Shown piece after piece: positions 40,040-53,454 of a stretch of 64,000 nucleotides of DNA. The translations under genes were made by a program, and so were the position numbers. Below the pieces are notes generated by a model that was not told where the DNA came from, made no database searches, and saw only the letters and a program-made list of their open reading frames with translations. This DNA comes from Octopus vulgaris (taxonomy: Eukaryota): assembly GCA_951406725.2 (NCBI GenBank), contig OX597823.1:67642001-67706000 (forward strand). The letters run 5' to 3'. Within the stretch, counting starts at the first letter, position 1. Every line of letters starts with the position of its first letter.

Positions 40040-41510
40040 TCATCTACCTCTTATTCATTATAATCCTCCAGGCAATAACAGAGGAATTCAAGACAGGCTG
40101 CTCCTGGGAGTTCCTCTATGCTGATGACCTTGCTCTAATAGCTGAATCACAGGCAGAACTAGAGGAGAAGTTTCAGGTGTGGAAACAAGGATTAGAATCG
40201 AAGGGCCTTAGAGTTAACCTAGCAAAAACCAAAGTCTTAGAAAATAGGAAGTTAGACAAATCACAACCCTCTTTAGGTAGATGGCCCTGCTCAATCTGTA
40301 GAAAATGCGTGGGTAGAAACTCCATACGATGTATCCGTTGTAAGCTATGGACACAAAAGGTGCAGCAATATCAAAGGAAGGTTAACCGGGAAGATAGTGA
40401 ATGGCAGATGCACTGGGGCAATAAATACTGAAGATGTACAGAAAGAGATTCCATCACATGCCAGGGAAGAAACTAGAAGTAGTTAATAGCTTCTGCTACC
40501 AGGGTGACCAAGTCTGTAGTTGGGTAGCTGCTCTGAGAGTGTAGCAACTAGAGTGAGAATAGCCTGGGCAAAGTTCAGGGAGCTCCTACCTCTGCTGGCA
40601 ACTAAGGGCCTTTTGCTCAGGGTGAAAGGTAGACTGTATGATGCATGTGTGCAAGCGACCATGCTACACGGAAGTGAAACATAGGCCATGAATGCTGAGG
40701 ACATGTGTAGACTTGAAAGAAAGGAAGCTAGTATGATCTGCTGGATGTGTAATGTCAGTGTGCATACATGACAGAGTCTAAGTGCCCTGACAGAAAAGTT
40801 GGGCATAAGAAGCATCAAATGTGGTGTGCAAGAGAGGTGTCAGTGTTGGTATGGTCATGTGTTACATATTAATGAAGGCAGCTGTGTGAGGAAGTGGTAC
40901 TCCCTAACTGTAGAAGGAACATGTGGAAGAGGTAGACCCAGGAAGACATGAGATGAGGTGGTGAAGCATGACCATCGAACATTGGGCCTCAGAGATGCAA
41001 TGATGGAAGACCAGGACCTTTGGAGATCTGCTGTGATTAGGAAGACCTGGTAACTAAAGTGAGATCGCTGCCACACATGTCCGGCCCTGTTAAGAATACC
41101 CCTGATGCATCGGGCGATATGATATGCTTCAGAAGACCTGTTGAGTTAAGTAAAACCAATATCGTATCTGTGGTCAGTGACCCCTGACTGGCTCTCATGC
41201 TGGTGGCACACAAAAAGCACTGGGCGATCATGGCTGATGCCAGTACCCCCTGGTTGGCTCTTGTGCTGGTGGCATGTAAAAAGCACCATCCAAACGTGAT
41301 CAATGCCAGGCTCGCCTGCTTGGCTCCTATGCTAGTGGCACGTAAAAAGCACTCACTATACTCTCAGAGTGGCTGGCATTAGGAAGGGCATCCATCTGTA
41401 GAAACATAGCCAGATCAGACTGGAGCCTGGTGCAGCTGCTGGCTCTCCAGACTTCACTCAAACCGTCCAACCTATGCCAGCATGGAAAACAGATGTTAAA
41501 TGATGATGAG
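40040..41510 (+). mobile_element. RTE-clade LINE, 5'-truncated and decayed
   Basis: WEFLYADDLALIAES...GLRVNLAKTKVL...WPCSICRKCVG.NSIRC..C. Same 3'UTR and (ATG)n tail as 21737-23710, in the opposite orientation. Confidence 0.88.
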
Positions 41511-42149
41511 AACATTATATGAGAAAGAAAGAGAGAGAGTTAGACACATGCACACACACACACTAAATGTACATGTTTTTAGACAGATATAAATATGCTG
41601 ATATAGACAAATACATAAACAGACGAGATGGGGTAGCAGAAATAATAGCTTGAAGGACTAAATGATTGATACAGAGATCAAAAGATGGTTGGTTAAAATG
41701 AATACCAGTTATGTACACGAGTTAATTCAACTGACTACTTGGCATTATAACTTGATAGAATACCTAAACACGATATTTTTGAATGTAGAAAAATGAACAT
41801 TTAAATACATCAAAACATCTACCATTTTTCTTTAATCTATTAATTTCATGATTATTACAAAGAAAACTGAACTTGAAATAAATTGTTTTCTTTCTTCATT
41901 TTTGCTGTGATGGTTGAAAATATGAAGAAAAACAATGTAAGTGAGAGATGTCATGCCATTTAGACCAACTTCTCACAATTGATGTCAGTTAAATCTTCTC
42001 CTGACATGACTTGGTTTTTAACATGCTATTGCTAGTAATTTCAATTCAAAGACACAAAATAGCTTACAACAATACCATTATCTCTCTCTCTTTCAAAACA
42101 AAATGAAATATATATACGCGTATGTGCGTGTGTGTATATATATATACAC

Positions 42150-42515
42150 ATATATATAAAGCTGAAGTTGTCTGTGTATGGCAGGTTTGGTAGCCTTCAA
42201 CTAACACTATCTCCTCCGAGACCCTGCGGTGCAAGTTGACCAAAATTGAGAGTATGATAGAAGAAGGCTTGCTCTTCCTTCTGTAGAAGAAAAAATTCAA
42301 ATCGGACCATGTTAAGACCAAAAATTATTTACATCAAAAAGGTACTTTTTTCCTAAGAAAATCCCTACTTTTTACAGTTTTTTGACTGTATTTCAACCAG
42401 AAAAATGTTCACTTAAAGAAAATAACAAGCTACATAATGCAAAATTTTTACTTTTCAAAAATTCCAATTCTAAAGGGTCGAAACAAACCCGAGCAACGCC
42501 GGACGATACTGCTAG
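42150..42515 (+). mobile_element. Non-autonomous Helitron, different body with the same 3' end
   Basis: Ends ACAAACCCGAGCAACGCCGGACGATACTGCTAG|T. The 5' end is lost in (TA)n. Confidence 0.7.
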
Positions 42516-43829
42516 TATATATATATATATAAAATCATCATCTTTTAATGTCTATTGTCCATGCTGGCATGGGTTGGACAGTTTGACGAAGGCTGGCAAG
42601 CTGGAAAAATATATATATATTAGACTGGTGAGGTTGTGTGGTAAGAAGCCTGCTTCCCAACCACAAGTTCCAGGTACAGTCCCAAATTGTGATGCCCAGG
42701 GCAAAATTTTTTCTACAATAATCCTAGACCAACCAAAGCCTTGTGAGTAGGTTTCATAGAAAGAAGCCCATTGTATGCATGTATGTGTGTGTGCTTGTGC
42801 ACATGCATTTGTTTGTCCCCTCACCATCACTACCATTTGACAACTGGTGTTTGTTTGTTTGTGTCCCCATAACTAGCAGTTCAGCAAAAGGGACCAACAG
42901 AATAATTCTTTATTTTCATTCTTTTATTTGTTTCAGTCATTTGACAATGGCCATGCTGGAGCACCGCCTTTAGTCGAACAAATTGACCCCAGGACTTATT
43001 CTTTGTAAGCCTAGTACTTATTCTATTGGTCTCTCATGTCGAACCGCAAAGTGACGGGGACATAAACACACCAGCATCGATTGTCAAGCGATGTTGGGGG
43101 GGACAAACACAGACACACAAACATATACATACATATATACATACACATATATATGACGGGATTCTTTCAGTTTCCATCTACCAAATCCACTCAAGGCTTT
43201 GGTCAGCCTGAGACTATAGTAGAAGGCACTTGAACAAGGTGCCACACAGTGGGACTGAACCTGGAACCATGTGGTTGGTAAGCAAGCTACTTACCACACA
43301 GCCACTCCTGTGCCTATATTTACCACAACTAAACCCTTCAAGGTGATATCCAGCATGGTCACAGTCCAATGACTGAAACAAATGAAAGATGATATTGTAA
43401 AAAATTTCATTAATAAAAAAATCAAATTTTCTGAAAGTTATGAAGAAACAAAGTCAGTGGTGGGGCACACTCATGTAAGTATGCCCTGGATTCGTATATC
43501 TCACCACCCCTAGATTCTAGGCTCTACCTCCTCCTTTCCAAAAATTAAAAAGAAAAAAACTTTAAGGAATTTTGTTAAATTTTTACCCATCAACTACAAC
43601 AATCTTTGCTCCTCTGAATAAGGAAGCTGTACACCACCCTGCATTCAAGTTCATAAAATGCAGTACCCTCTCTTTCTTTAATTATCTGCAATGTGTGTCA
43701 CCACCCAAATTGTTGTTAAGCACTTTTTTAATCTTCACTCATCAGAAATGCTATACTACACCCATTAACTACACACATTTTCTTTCCAGACTCCAACTGA
43801 CATGTGTTCAAGTTGAACATCCATCTTAC

Positions 43830-43902
43830 CAATCTTAGAGGGTCTTGCAAAGGTTTCTTTTATTCAAAATAAACAACAGTACAAAGGTTGCTATTCTTTC
43901 AT
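43830..43902 (-). other. Candidate first exon (5'UTR or disrupted signal-peptide exon) of the stanniocalcin-like gene
   Basis: Strong G|GTAAGA donor in phase 1 relative to an ATG at 43902, compatible with exon A. That frame carries TAG (43893-43891) and TGA (43866-43864). Confidence 0.4.
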
Positions 43903-44074
43903 TTTATGATCCCGAAATAAAAGTGGAAAATTATTGCAGCCAATCATGATTAAGAAAGTAGAAATTTTAAAAAATTTATATTTAGAATTATAATCTGCAT
44001 ACTTTTAAACATGAAATTACCCTCCACTTAACAAAAAAATTTGAAAAGATTAAAAGCAAACAAAAATAGAGGTA

Positions 44075-44210
44075 GGATCTTTCCGGTTCTGTTTAAATTT
44101 TCAGCACTGACGTAGTTTTGCTTGCTAATAGTGATAATCGCATTAATTTTTGACAAATTGATTATGAAATAGCTAAGCCTTCATTATCGACACACCGGAA
44201 GTCACAATTT
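44075..44210. promoter_or_regulatory. Candidate promoter of the minus-strand transcription unit
   Basis: ETS-type CCGGAAGT (44195-44202), TTCCGG (44081-44086) and CRE half-site TGACGT (44108-44113) in unique sequence, at the point where CpG depletion ends and just upstream of the 43830 donor. Confidence 0.45.
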
Positions 44211-44519
44211 CAATATGTTGATAAAATGAAAACGCTACGAAACTTTGAAAGCTTTTATTTTATATATTTATTTTTTGATAAAGGGAATTTAATGAAAGAA
44301 ATTAAAGGTGTTTCGAAACCCCTTTATAGATGAAACAATTTAATGCTATATAACTTTAAATATGAAAGGAAAAAATTCAATTGGAAGTTCCAAATTGAAA
44401 AAAGAAAACCAAGTCAATGACAACGAAATTATGCAATGCATTCAAATAGTTTTTGTAAGTGGTCTCTGATGTTGAAACCAAAGAAATCTGAAGGAATTTT
44501 GGTAAATTTTAATACTTTC

Positions 44520-45080
44520 ACCAGCACGATTTTTACTAAGCGAAAAACAAAAAACAAAAAAACGGATTTTTTTGCGTGGGATCAAGTACCCTGATCTCCT
44601 AATATGCGGCAAACCCCTTATTTTTGTTCGGAAAAGGAGGAGTGGGGACGAACCTGACCTCTCCCTATCCCAGAACCATTGGAATTTTTTTCCATTGAAT
44701 GAATTCGGGTGACTTCCTAATATTCTACAAAACCCTTTTTTGGGTCCGGAAAATGGGGTTGGGTGGAAAGCCTCGGAAATTTCAATCCCCACTCCCATTG
44801 GGAAGTACACCAGCACAATTTTCACTAAGGAAAAAAATAAAAGAAATTCGGATTTTTTGTGTGGAATCAAGTACCCTGACTTCGTAATATTATGAAAACC
44901 CCTTATTTTTGTTCAGAAAAAAAAAAGGGTGGGTAGAAAACAACCCCCATCCCCATCCCCGAATCATTGGAAATTTTTTTAGTGAAAATCATGCGGGTGA
45001 AAGTATCAAATAATACCAAAATTTTGTTGGGTGGGGGGAAGAGAAGAGGAACGGAGTCTCTTCGATACATCAGCGTGGTG
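44520..45080. repeat. Diverged ~290-bp tandem duplication, likely a DNA-transposon subterminal repeat
   Basis: CACCAGCAC...GGATTTTTTG.GTGG.ATCAAGTACCCTGA...AAACCC.TTATTTTTGTTC occurs at ~44520 and ~44808. Confidence 0.65.
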
Positions 45081-45443
45081 TCAGTATTTCCACTTCTATT
45101 TTCTTATTATAAAGCAAAAGAATACCCAAAGTTTTATACCACAAATGTACAATTTAGAACAAGCTATTATTTTGGTAGCCTATTTATGTAATACTTTAAA
45201 CAAACTCAATCATAGAACAACATCAAAAGTATAATCTATTATACATTTAACGTTATTGGCAGAGTTTTGAAATAACCATCCTTACAAAATAGGGAAGTAA
45301 AAGAAAGCACAGAAATGGATAGGGGGAAATATGGAAAAAGAAATCTTTCAGGAGAGTAATTCCTGCTGTATGGAACAGAATACTTGAAAATAGAGCAGGA
45401 GAGGAGAGAGAGAGAGAAAACACCATTTCTTTCTTATAAAGAA

Positions 45444-45839
45444 CTAGCAGTATCGCCCGGCGTTGCTCAGGTTTGTAAGGGAAATAACTATATAAGCATT
45501 TTTAGAGATGTAAAGTATAATAGCCATCTCAATATGGCTAACCACAAAGGGGGGTGTTACTGAAGCTTTTTACGTTCTGAGATTTAATAATAAATTTTTT
45601 AGAGAGTTACTTCCCTTATATATGCCAAAAATGCATTAAAAATGGGAAAAATTGATGGTAAATCTTTTTTTAAATCGTGGACTCATCGTAGACGCGCGCT
45701 AATACCCAGAAGGGCTCGATATGAATCACGACTATAAGATACCCGGTTTTGGTTAAACTGCACAGCAAAATGTGGGAGTAGTTAGGAATCTAAATCGTAG
45801 GAGACAGACAGCACACAACTTCACTTTTATATATAAAGA
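45444..45839 (-). mobile_element. Non-autonomous Helitron
   Basis: Near-identical to 25058-25437. TC...CTAG ends at an AT site. Confidence 0.85.
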
Positions 45840-46829
45840 TGGATCTTCGAGATATGACTGTTCCAAAACTCCATCATATTATTTGTAAGACATTTGACAA
45901 ACTATGGAACAAAATTGAAATCTAAGACATACTTAATGTGTAACCGATTGAAACCCAGCATCTAAGTGGGAATCAGGTATAAATGAAGATGCACTCATGT
46001 CAAGTATATTTGGAAATATAATTAATTGCTGCAATTATACTTTCTAATTTTGGCACAAGCCAGCAATTTTGGGAAGTGGGTAGTGGATTAAATTGATCCC
46101 AGTGTTCAAACGTACTTATTTTATCGATTCCGTAAAGATGAAAGGCAAAGTCTACCGCTGCGTGATTTGAACTCAGAACGTAAAGAACTAGTAGAAAGAC
46201 TGCTGCGACTGGAATCCAGGTAAAAAAAAGTCACAGGAAAAAAAAAAAGACACGGAATAAAAGTCACAGGTAAACAGTCACATGTAATTCCATCATATAT
46301 AAAGGCTTAGCGGTATTTCGTTTGTCTTTACGTTCTGAGTTCATATTACATTTCGATCATATATCATTCGTTTCTTTCTTTTTCTAAAAAATTTTTAAAA
46401 TGTGTTTTGTGTCCCCACGTGTTGTAAGTCCCTTTTCTATGTAGCCCTTTATGGGTAATAAATAAAGATTTACGTTCTGAGTTCAAATTCCACCGAGGCC
46501 GACTTTGCCTTTCATCCTTTTGGGGATCATAAATTAAGTACCTATTTCTTTACTACCCACAAACACAGAGAGGACAAACAAGGACAGACAAACGGATTAA
46601 GTCGATTATATCGACCCCAGTGCGCAACTGGTACTTATTTAATCGACCCCGAAAGGATGAAAGGCAAAGTCGACCTCGGCGGAATTTGAACGACAGACGA
46701 AATAACGCTATGCATTTCGCCCGGCGTGCTAACGTTTCTGCGTACTAGGGTCGATCTAATCGACTGACTCCCTCCCCCAAAATTTCGGGCCTTCTGCCTA
46801 GAGCAGAAAAGAATATTTGACACTGCTGG

Positions 46830-47014
46830 ACATCTGTGTTTTTCAGCGTTGAACGATATTTGGTTTTAATAAGGGTTAAAGCTGAAAAAGTCGTTTCACA
46901 TAGACATGCGGTGCTAAATGATAAAAGAACACGTAATGCCATTTCAGAAATAACATAAACTGAAATCCAAGCGTTTGAATTTAATTTTCGCGACCCATAG
47001 TTTAAGAAGCGCTG
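46830..47014 (-). pseudogene. hAT (Buster/Charlie-like) transposase C-terminal remnant with one terminus
   Basis: LLSFSTACLCETTFSAL..IKTKYRSTL is a hAT dimerisation-type motif. CAGCGCTTCTTAAACT end at 47014. Confidence 0.65.
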
Positions 47015-48490
47015 GCTTAAATAATGATTTTGATGTTAGTGGCGGGCGTCTATAACATTTCTAACAAATTTCACGCCTTCCCTAGCAACAAATTCTTTAC
47101 TTTTGTTAAATTAACTTCACAAATCTTTTGTACAGGAAAACTTCATTATAGACTGCTGGAAGCATACACCTTCTTTTAAGGTGGGGTTTTTTTTTTCTAA
47201 GACATTTCGGTTGCTAGCAGAAACTATTTCATTTAATTTACATCTGTGATATTCATGTGAATGGCTTTAATGTTACATCGCATTATCAAATTCCTTAAAA
47301 AATATGATGACCATGTACTTTGAAAGAAAATAACCAATACTTTATTTCTTGCTTAATCTCAGGTCAGCCTTGATCAAACAGATCACTGATCAAAAGGTGT
47401 CTAGCTGTAACCATGCATTCTTTTCATAAACTATAGAGTAACATTATCGAATATGTCCTCTTTTGCCTTCCTAAGACAGCAAAGTGTGCGATTCGAAGAA
47501 TATCTTACTATTTCTGGAACAATGAGCGCTAGCTTAGAGACTGCTTCCGTATTATCCTATATTGGTAAACAAACTGGTTTTTACTGGTAAACAAAATCAA
47601 AGTCTCATTGAAGTTATGGAGTGTGTCACGACCAAGAAAGTTTACAATAATGTCGTGATTTTAAGGAAACAATTAGAAAGAAAAAATTGTAATCGTAAAT
47701 GGTCTGTAATTTTCTTCGTTTGTTGACTAATTTATGATTGATGTTTTATCGTGTTTTGAAATTATTCTACCAAATATACGTTTAACTCACCACAACCATC
47801 ATACCATGCAGTTTTTAAATTAAACGTATATTACACATTTTAAAGTTCATAAATTTGGATATGTTTTTAGCGACCTTTTATGCAAAGAGGGAAATTATAG
47901 TTCACGGTTTTTTTTTTTATATTAGCTACTGAGAGGACAATATTCTGGCAACAAAGCTCCAAAACCTGTTTGTGCAGATGCAGATTAGCAACTGCATAAT
48001 TACATTTCATGGTCATTCACGTAAAAAAAAAATAAACAGAACTGATCCTGTCGGTACAATTTTCGTATCCACCACTAAAAGTATTTGGTCCTTGCGCTGA
48101 GAAGAAATATTTGACAAGTATATAAAAGATAAAATCGAGAAAATCTGGAAAATTGTCTTTACTGGGGGGTGTCTCTGCTTCTCGCAGAATAAGGAAAGGA
48201 TTTTTGAAAGCTGCGGGGTAAAACCGTTTTTGGCAGGTAACGGTTATTTTATGTTTCAAGTATTCAGAAAGTAAAAGCGCGAATTCGTCCAAAACCGACA
48301 TTTACTATTAATTTAGAGTTAAAGAATATTTCAATATTGTTTATATAAAGTAGAAATGGTCGAGCCTCTCAGACAGCAAGCGCTAGTGAAAAACAGAGGA
48401 GATAATTAACACTGATGATCATAGAAAGGAAAGACTTCATAAGGGATTATAGCACTATGAAGATTGATATTTGAAGTATCAATTAGTTTC

Positions 48491-49944
48491 GGTCAATGTA
48501 CAGTTTAAGCCCTGGTCACGAAAACAAAAGAACCCAGCCTATTAGGTGTAATAAAAATGTGTAGAAAACGAATATGAAAACAAAAATTTGTGCAAACAAA
48601 CGAGGGTGTTGAGAGGACTTTCAGAAAATTCACAAGATCCGATTTTCCCCTCGTAACTTTCAGGAAAATGGATATGTTGGTGAAAGTTTTGAAGAAATAC
48701 CGTTCAATTGGCACGAATTACGATTATAAAGAAATTTGTGGGGAAAATGTTTTCCGAAGGGTTGGGGTGAGGATTTCGGAAAATTCACATGATCCTTTTC
48801 TTTTTCCTCCTCATAACTTTCAGGAGAATGGATATCTTTTGATGAAATTTTACAGAAACACCTTTCAAACAGCACAGATTACGATTATAAAGAAACGTGC
48901 GAGGAAAATGTTTTCCGAATGGGTGGGGAGAGGACATTGAAACAACGATGCGAAAATGCCTCACGCTAACAATTTTGAAGATAGCGCCCAGAGAAAATAA
49001 GCACACAAAACATTGAAAGACTTTGGAGCGATATAAAAGAATAAATCAAAAAGCCATGAATTCGATCAAAATATCTGCAACAATATCTTGTAAGATATTT
49101 ACTTATAACTTCCCAACATGAAGAAAGTCTGTTACACAAGTTCTTCATAGAGGCAGCCAAGTTATACCCTCCTCTCTCGAATCGTTGCTGTCAAATAATT
49201 ACCAAGCAAGACGAATGTATGTACAAGTATGCGCAAATTTTTGTTTTCATATTCGTTTTCTATACGTTTTAAACCAATTAGACTGGTCTTTTATTTTTTC
49301 CTTTTTAGTGACCAGGCGCTAAACTAGATCCTGAAAGTTATGAGGGGGAAAAAAACGGACCGTGTGAACTTTCCGACAGTCCTCTCCCCACCCACTCGGA
49401 AAACATTTTCCCCACAAATGTCTTTATAATCGTAATCTATGCTGTTTGAAAAAAGTGTTTCTGTAAAATTTCATTGAAAGATATCCATTTTCCTGAAAGT
49501 TATGAGGGGAAAAATCGGATCTTGTGAATTTTCCGAAAGTATTCTCCCCCACCCCGCGTTCGCTTGCGCAAATTTTTGCTTTCATATTCGTTTTCTGCAC
49601 GGCGCTAAACTAAGTTATGAGGGGGAAAAAACGGATCGTGTGAATTTTCCGACAGTCCTCTCCTCACCTCGTCGGACAACATTTTCCACACAAATTTCTT
49701 TATAATCGTAATTCGTGCCAATTGAACGGTATTTCTTCAAAACCTTCATCAACATATCCATTTTCCTGAAAGTTACGAGGGAAAAATCGGATCTTGTAAA
49801 TTTTTCGAAAGTGCCCCCCTTCCCTCTGCGTTCGTTTGCGCAAATTTTTGTTTTCATTTTCGTTTCAAACACATTTTTTTACACCTAGTAGGTTGTGTTT
49901 TATCTTTTGTTTTTCGTGACCGAGGCTTAAACAGTATATTGACC
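48491..49944. mobile_element. Foldback DNA transposon with long tandemly repetitive TIRs (Merlin-like termini)
   Basis: GGTCAAT...ATTGACC termini, exact 8-bp TSD TTAGTTTC (48483-48490, 49945-49952), and arms built of repeated modules. Confidence 0.85.
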
Positions 49945-51807
49945 TTAGTTTCTTGCACCATTGAGATTAAATATTATAAAGACGGTACTAAACTATAACC
50001 GAAATTTGTAAGGGAAGTTTTTGAAGGAATTTGAACAGACTAAAATATAATGGCCGATATGTAACTCGATATAGCAAGCATGTCATATTGTATGCTATAT
50101 AAATGTTAGATATAATAAATTAAGTGACATAAAGGACATAAAATAAAGAAAAAACTAACAATTTCAATTTAATAAATAAAAAATTCATTCCCAATGTTAA
50201 AAAGTAATACAAAGTACATTTTTTATCAGCAAGACGGAACTAGAAAATATAACTATTAAGAAAAAACGATGTTATATTTCATTATATTTTTGTGCTATAT
50301 AGACAGGTCTATGTGACAACATACAGTGATATGATATAGCTAAAAGTTCGTTATATTTTGGTGCTCTATAGATAGGTGTATAACAATGCAGTCAAAAAGT
50401 TCTTTTACAAAAGGCTATAAGTAGAGAAGAAAATTCCACTTCCTCTCCGGCGTTCTCTAATAAATTGATAACAACTAGTTAAGATTTTACAGACATATTC
50501 ACAAAACAAAAGATCATGGCTACTTGTGAGGTTTTTAGTTTGGTTGTTTCCCTAAATGACTCTCCCTGGTACTGTGCAGTGGGCTCGAACACGGAACCAG
50601 GTGGTTGCAAACAAACTTACGCTTGCACCTATACACAGTATCTTAAGCAAATACGCTGTTTTTCATAGCCATCTTGCTTTACCTAAAGGAATCAGAAAAC
50701 TACATCAGCAAGTAGATATATACTGATATAAATGCCAACTTAGAAGATAACCTTTTCGCAGATCATTCAATCTATGAACAATCAGATCCCACCATTTTAA
50801 TGCTTTAAGGCGGCAGAAGTGTGATTATAGGAAGATTTGGTTGCTATTTCTAGCAGCTCGAGTTACCGCGTCGCGGTTCCCTGTTAGGATTCTCATGGTA
50901 CCGACAAAGCAGTTACTGTAAAACTTTACTTCGTTTATGAGACCCCGACCGTCAAAGATCGGCAGCTTTGAAATGAACTTCCTGAGTGTCAGAACAAAAG
51001 CTGCGATGTATTTTTACCCAACAACTGTAGCGGTCCTGACAATTCGCCAACTTTCACTACTTTATTAAACCAAAAGTTAATCGGTGCTACTTAAGCGTGC
51101 GGTCTACCTCAGTATTCGTAGTTTACGTTGTGAAATAACCTGATCTGGGTTGTGATTAAGGTTAGACTGCAATGCTTAAGTATAGGCCCGGTTGACCGCA
51201 CCAATTCATTTTTATTAGATTACCTCAAAGTCCACCCCAACCGCCATTAGCGTGCTTTCGGGAGATGTTTAAACTGCAAAACTTATGAAGGTGGGAAGCT
51301 GATACCGAAAATGCCCACTCTAGGTAAAATTAATGAAGTGTAACATTTTTGTCTGTAGAGAAACTGGTATACTTTACAATCCGTGACAGACGATACATTC
51401 CACCTTAACTTTTCTTCAATTAGAATGGTTTGAGGGATGCCAATACAGGAGATGTTAAAATGACTAATGGAAAGGATGCAAAATTCTTAGTCGCCCCTTT
51501 TTTTGTTGTTGTTGGAAAAGAAAATTTACAAAACTGGGGAGAAAAAAATCACGCTACTGATTTCTCTTCATTTAAATTTCTGGAGATAAATTGATTCGGG
51601 GGGGGGGGGGGACAGAAAAAGTTTGTCGACGGTTAAGTGTAGCTACAAGAACACCTTCATAACTTATTGCTCGACGAGAGAACCGCCAAACTTTTGCAGT
51701 TCCTTCGTGGCGACGACTGGAATATTCGTCTTCATGATCAACATTAAAAATACTGAAAGTACATGTAACGCTATGGTACAGTTTAAGGTGTTTTCAATCT
51801 GTATATA

Positions 51808-52267
51808 CCGTTAATCCTCGAGTATAATCCGCATTTTTTCCCCCAAATTTAAAGGTCAAAATCCCTAGTGCGCACTATATACGAGGTTATTTTCTAAGCA
51901 ATGTCCTAGTCTCTATTTGCTGTCTGGCAATGTTTATTCAGACGCATTTTGTGATGTCGGGCGCGAAAATACCTCAAGCTAAGCCTGAAAGCAATGAAGT
52001 CAAAAAGTGATTTATGGACTGAATGGATATTTTCTGCAAACAAAATGCACAAAAAAGCTACACGTTTGCATTATGTTTTATGTACAATAATAATAAAGGA
52101 TGTTACCGTATACATTTTTACAAACCAAGGACGTTACATAGACTTCCTTGACTCAAGTTAGAGAAGGGGTGCGTATAATAAACAAGGTTTAGGTTTTTCA
52201 GAGGTACAGCCCCCTAAAAATCCCCTGCGTATTATACTCAAGGGCGGACTAACTCGAGGATTTACGG
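51808..52267 (+). mobile_element. pogo-type MITE, shorter derivative of the 57631-58530 family
   Basis: Same TIRs, TA TSD and subterminal sequences; internal ORF region deleted. Confidence 0.85.
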
Positions 52268-52380
52268 TATGTCTTCTCAATATGACTGACAATGTTGTTT
52301 TTTTTTTTGTTTCATTGTTTTACTTTAAGAAATTTAAATGATTTTATTTACATATGTGTAATGTAATCATATATAAATTA

Positions 52381-52780
52381 CTAGCAGTATCGCCCGGCGT
52401 TGCTCGGATTTGTAAGGGAAATAACTATATAAGCATTTTTAGAGAGTGATAGCAAAAAAATAGCACAAAAATGCATTAAAAATGGAAAAAAAAATGATGG
52501 TAAATTTTTAAAAAAATCGTTGACTCATCGTAGACATTTTTAGAGAGTTACTTCCCTTATATAATAGCGAAAAAAATGCATTAAAATGGAAAAAAATTAT
52601 CGTAATTTTTTTTTTAAATCGTAGACTCATCGTAGACGCGCGCTAATACCCAGAAGGGCTCGATATGAATCACGACTATAAGATACCCGGTTTTGGTTAA
52701 ACTGCACCGCAAAATGTGGGAGTAGTTAGGAATCTAAATCGTAGGAGACAGACACACAATTTGACTTTTATATATAAAGA
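52381..52780 (-). mobile_element. Non-autonomous Helitron
   Basis: Near-identical to 16397-16793. TC...CTAG ends at an AT site. Confidence 0.85.
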
Positions 52781-53454
52781 TGTCATGAACTGTCAATGAC
52801 TGATCTAAAATATTTTATTACTTTAATTGTTTATAATATATGAATAAAATGTGACTTGTTTTTCAAGCAAACATTGACTTTTTTTCCGGACACCAAGAGA
52901 TTAATCGAAAGCATTTTCTTTTCAGAAGAACCTCATTTATACTCTTGATTATCTACTTTTATATATTTCAGCCGTTGCAATTCTTCCTGACAAGATATTC
53001 ATTGATGTTACCAACTTTAAAGGACCGGTGTAAATCGCCGAAAATGAGATTCTCGTTTCGCTTTGTTTATATTGATTTCTCGACACGTCAATTCCTTTTG
53101 CAAAGAAATTCATTGATATACGATTATAAAAATCATCCGAATAATCCGCTATATTTGCAACCTTAGAAGTGACATTTTATCGTCACATTTTGTTGATTTT
53201 CTTATAATATATTTATTTATCACCATTACATTTTATCTCCAACAAAGTATATATACGTAAATCGATATGAACACTTGTAGTCGTAGAAATTTGCATTTTT
53301 TTTCCGAACATCACTGGTAATCTTTCGTTTTTGATGGCCTGTGGTATATAAAACTTTCGCCATATTTTAAGTAAGGAATATTTACAAGATTTTGTTGCTA
53401 ATGAAGATTTCTAGCATAGTAGAGGCAAGACGAATTAGTAAGAGCCGTTTAAGA

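Noticed and set aside
37905-43645. Possible small upstream spliced ORF (…FEKFQFEHFRLFTVSSDGRSLIQDDG*) suggesting a bicistronic transcript
   Set aside because: Needs weak donors (~43586 or ~42067) and matches no protein I recognise; compatible with chance.
48017-48301. 94-aa minus-strand ORF
   Set aside because: Homologous to a frameshifted copy at ~35.6 kb, with no recognisable domain or clear splice context; treated as a repeat.
48590-49872. Repeat-spacer-like modules suggesting a CRISPR array
   Set aside because: The modules are long, diverged and inverted within a TSD-flanked eukaryotic transposon, with no unique spacers or cas genes.
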